DNA of 43,258 nucleotides from a virus: the IMG/VR virus record IMGVR_UViG_3300050154_000067. One strand, given 5' to 3'. Below the pieces are notes generated by a model. It saw only the letters and a list, made by a program, of their open reading frames with translations. It made no database searches and was not told where the DNA came from. Position 1 is the stretch's first letter, and every line of letters starts with the position of its first letter. Positions 41,886 through 43,258 of this stretch are shown here, piece after piece. The position numbers and the translations under genes were made by a program.

Positions 41886-43258
41886 ATGAGCGAATACGCG
41901 TATCTGATTAAAGCAAAAGCAAAATCCGAGGCAAAAAGCCTGTTTTGCTGGTTCAGCGCAAAGAGCGATTCCCGCGCTGATCGTGAGATCGCAAACCTGC
42001 TGGAAGATGCTGAAATTGAAACAGGACGCGGCGCTGATTATGTGCTGCCTGTCCGCACTGATCTGCCTGTCTTTGACGATTTGCCGGAAGAGAGCGAGCT
42101 GGACGCAACATGGTGCGACCGCTACGAACTTGCCGACGACAACCGCACCTGGCGCAAAATAACCCAGGAATCAACAGCTGTGACTATTCAGGAGGAACAC
42201 CCCCCGGTCACTACTGAAATTGAACCTGTAGAAAAAGCGGCAGACCAAACGCGCACGATTGATCTGCCTTTCAATTCCCGCGTTGTGGCGTTCTTCTTGT
42301 TCGGCGTTTTTGCCGTATCAAAAGAAGAGTTGGCCACTATTCGCAGGGTGGAAATGGATACTGATAATTCCTATGTGCAAAATCTGATCTTGGCAGCAAA
42401 CAGCACTCTCTCGCTCAAGCAGTGCTATGAAAATGTGCTATGCAACGCCATCTGCATGATAAAGGAAATCTGGCAAGACGCCGGCAAAACACCGGATCTC
42501 AATAACATTTTGCTGGTCATGAAGGACTTTGTGAATGAACCGGCAGACCGCGCCGGAGTAAAAGCAAAATGGTTAAAGAAAGTCGGCAAATCAGAAATTA
42601 CCCGCACTGATGCCGGTACCAATGCTGGTGGCGCTGGGGATATTACAAATCTGGAAATGCTTGATCTGGTTATTGCCAGCGCAATTCTTTCCCGGTCTAT
42701 GGACATTCCTGACAGCTATTCAATTCCGGGGCCGGTATTACGGCGGGCAAAAGAGATGGTTGCGGCAAAAGAAAGCCCGTGGCGTGAATGGTCTTCTGTG
42801 CTGCGTAAAACGGCGGGCGTTTTGGACTTTGAGCGTGGCGCGTTTTTTAGACTTATCACTGGCGCTGATCCGGAGATTCACAAATTCCCCGGCACTTTAC
42901 AGACCTATGTAAATAGCAATCTGGGCGTTCAAAAAGACAGCGAAATGCCAAAAGTGATCGCCACCACTAAAGCCAGTGCTGATGCGGGTTCCGAGGCTAA
43001 AAATATCGAAATGGTGAACACCCAGCCAGTGATCAAAAACGAAGGTAACGGCATTTTTTCAGTTGCAGAACTGGCTGGCGATGACGCGGTAGGCAACACT
43101 GACAAATCCAGTGCTGATGCGGCTTTCAATGAAAATAAAACGACTTTGGGCAGCATGACCGTCGAGGAAATTGCGGGGGGAATTAACGCAATCAACCCGA
43201 ACGTTCAGGTAAAAGTTCCAGAGGTAGAGCCTGAACCAATTGATGCTGAGTTTTACCC
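41886..43258 (+). CDS. recE: RecE-like exodeoxyribonuclease VIII, 5' part (unterminated at the window end; continues into 1..1496; 913 codons on the circle)
   Basis: My manual translation from ATG 41886 found no stop. It is absent from the ORF track because it is unterminated. 'DLPEESELDATWCDRYEL', 'ITRTDAGTNAGGAG' and 'SRSMD' recall the E. coli RecE N-terminal region. Confidence 0.75.
   Translation, partial: MSEYAYLIKAKAKSEAKSLFCWFSAKSDSRADREIANLLEDAEIETGRGADYVLPVRTDLPVFDDLPEESELDATWCDRYELADDNRTWRKITQESTAVTIQEEHPPVTTEIEPVEKAADQTRTIDLPFNSRVVAFFLFGVFAVSKEELATIRRVEMDTDNSYVQNLILAANSTLSLKQCYENVLCNAICMIKEIWQDAGKTPDLNNILLVMKDFVNEPADRAGVKAKWLKKVGKSEITRTDAGTNAGGAGDITNLEMLDLVIASAILSRSMDIPDSYSIPGPVLRRAKEMVAAKESPWREWSSVLRKTAGVLDFERGAFFRLITGADPEIHKFPGTLQTYVNSNLGVQKDSEMPKVIATTKASADAGSEAKNIEMVNTQPVIKNEGNGIFSVAELAGDDAVGNTDKSSADAAFNENKTTLGSMTVEEIAGGINAINPNVQVKVPEVEPEPIDAEFY
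43132..43258. repeat. Second copy of the 127-bp terminal repeat
   Basis: Identical to 1-127. Confidence 0.95.

Noticed and set aside
1-43258. CRISPR arrays, rRNA, IS elements/transposases, a reverse transcriptase (retron/DGR), and known multi-gene defence systems
   Set aside because: I saw no spacer-repeat array, no transposase or RT motifs (for example YxDD) in any ORF, and no NTPase/nuclease gene pairs outside the phage core functions. The accessory candidates are only the single-gene morons reported above.

Overview
The window is one complete, circularly closed temperate phage genome. Bases 1-127 are identical to 43132-43258, so the unique length is 43131 bp. The host looks enterobacterial: the genome is Chi-rich and attP carries the 3' part of a tRNA-Arg(UCU)-like gene.

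Plus-strand genes:
- a cI-like S24 repressor and a small Arg-rich early-left ORF
- a 913-codon RecE-like exonuclease whose ORF wraps across the window ends (41886..43258 plus 1..1496)
- a RecT/Red-beta-like annealase, xis, a tyrosine integrase and attP

Minus-strand genes, running from 40589 down to 7003:
- cro, a cII-like gene, a DnaT/O-like gene and a lambda-P-like replication gene
- about ten small early genes, then a nin-like block (DUF1367-like, DUF1364-like, RusA)
- a Q-like antiterminator candidate followed by a ~570-bp ORF-free late leader
- an AT-rich moron, two holin-like genes and a GH19-type endolysin
- Ala-rich and Ig-like (Big_1) ORFs, TerS, TerL, portal and MuF
- a second AT-rich moron, then scaffold-like, decoration-like, capsid and connector genes
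- sheath, tube, a tail chaperone with a -1 frameshift, and an SLT-bearing tape measure
- a baseplate module interrupted by a third moron plus a MuF relic, then tail fibre and chaperone

Between the fibre and attP lie a Hin/Gin-family serine invertase and a ~2.4-kb invertible segment carrying an alternative fibre tip.

Most notable observations:
- the invertible host-range switch
- terminator-flanked AT-rich morons that may be accessory or defence genes
- the structured late leader with a 19-bp perfect inverted repeat
- a strongly strand-polarised excess of Chi octamers
- repeat arrays in the terS-terL spacer and inside the replication gene
- no recognisable spanin

I saw no rRNA, intact tRNA, CRISPR array or transposase. 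All family names come from by-eye motif recognition and gene order; no database search was run.
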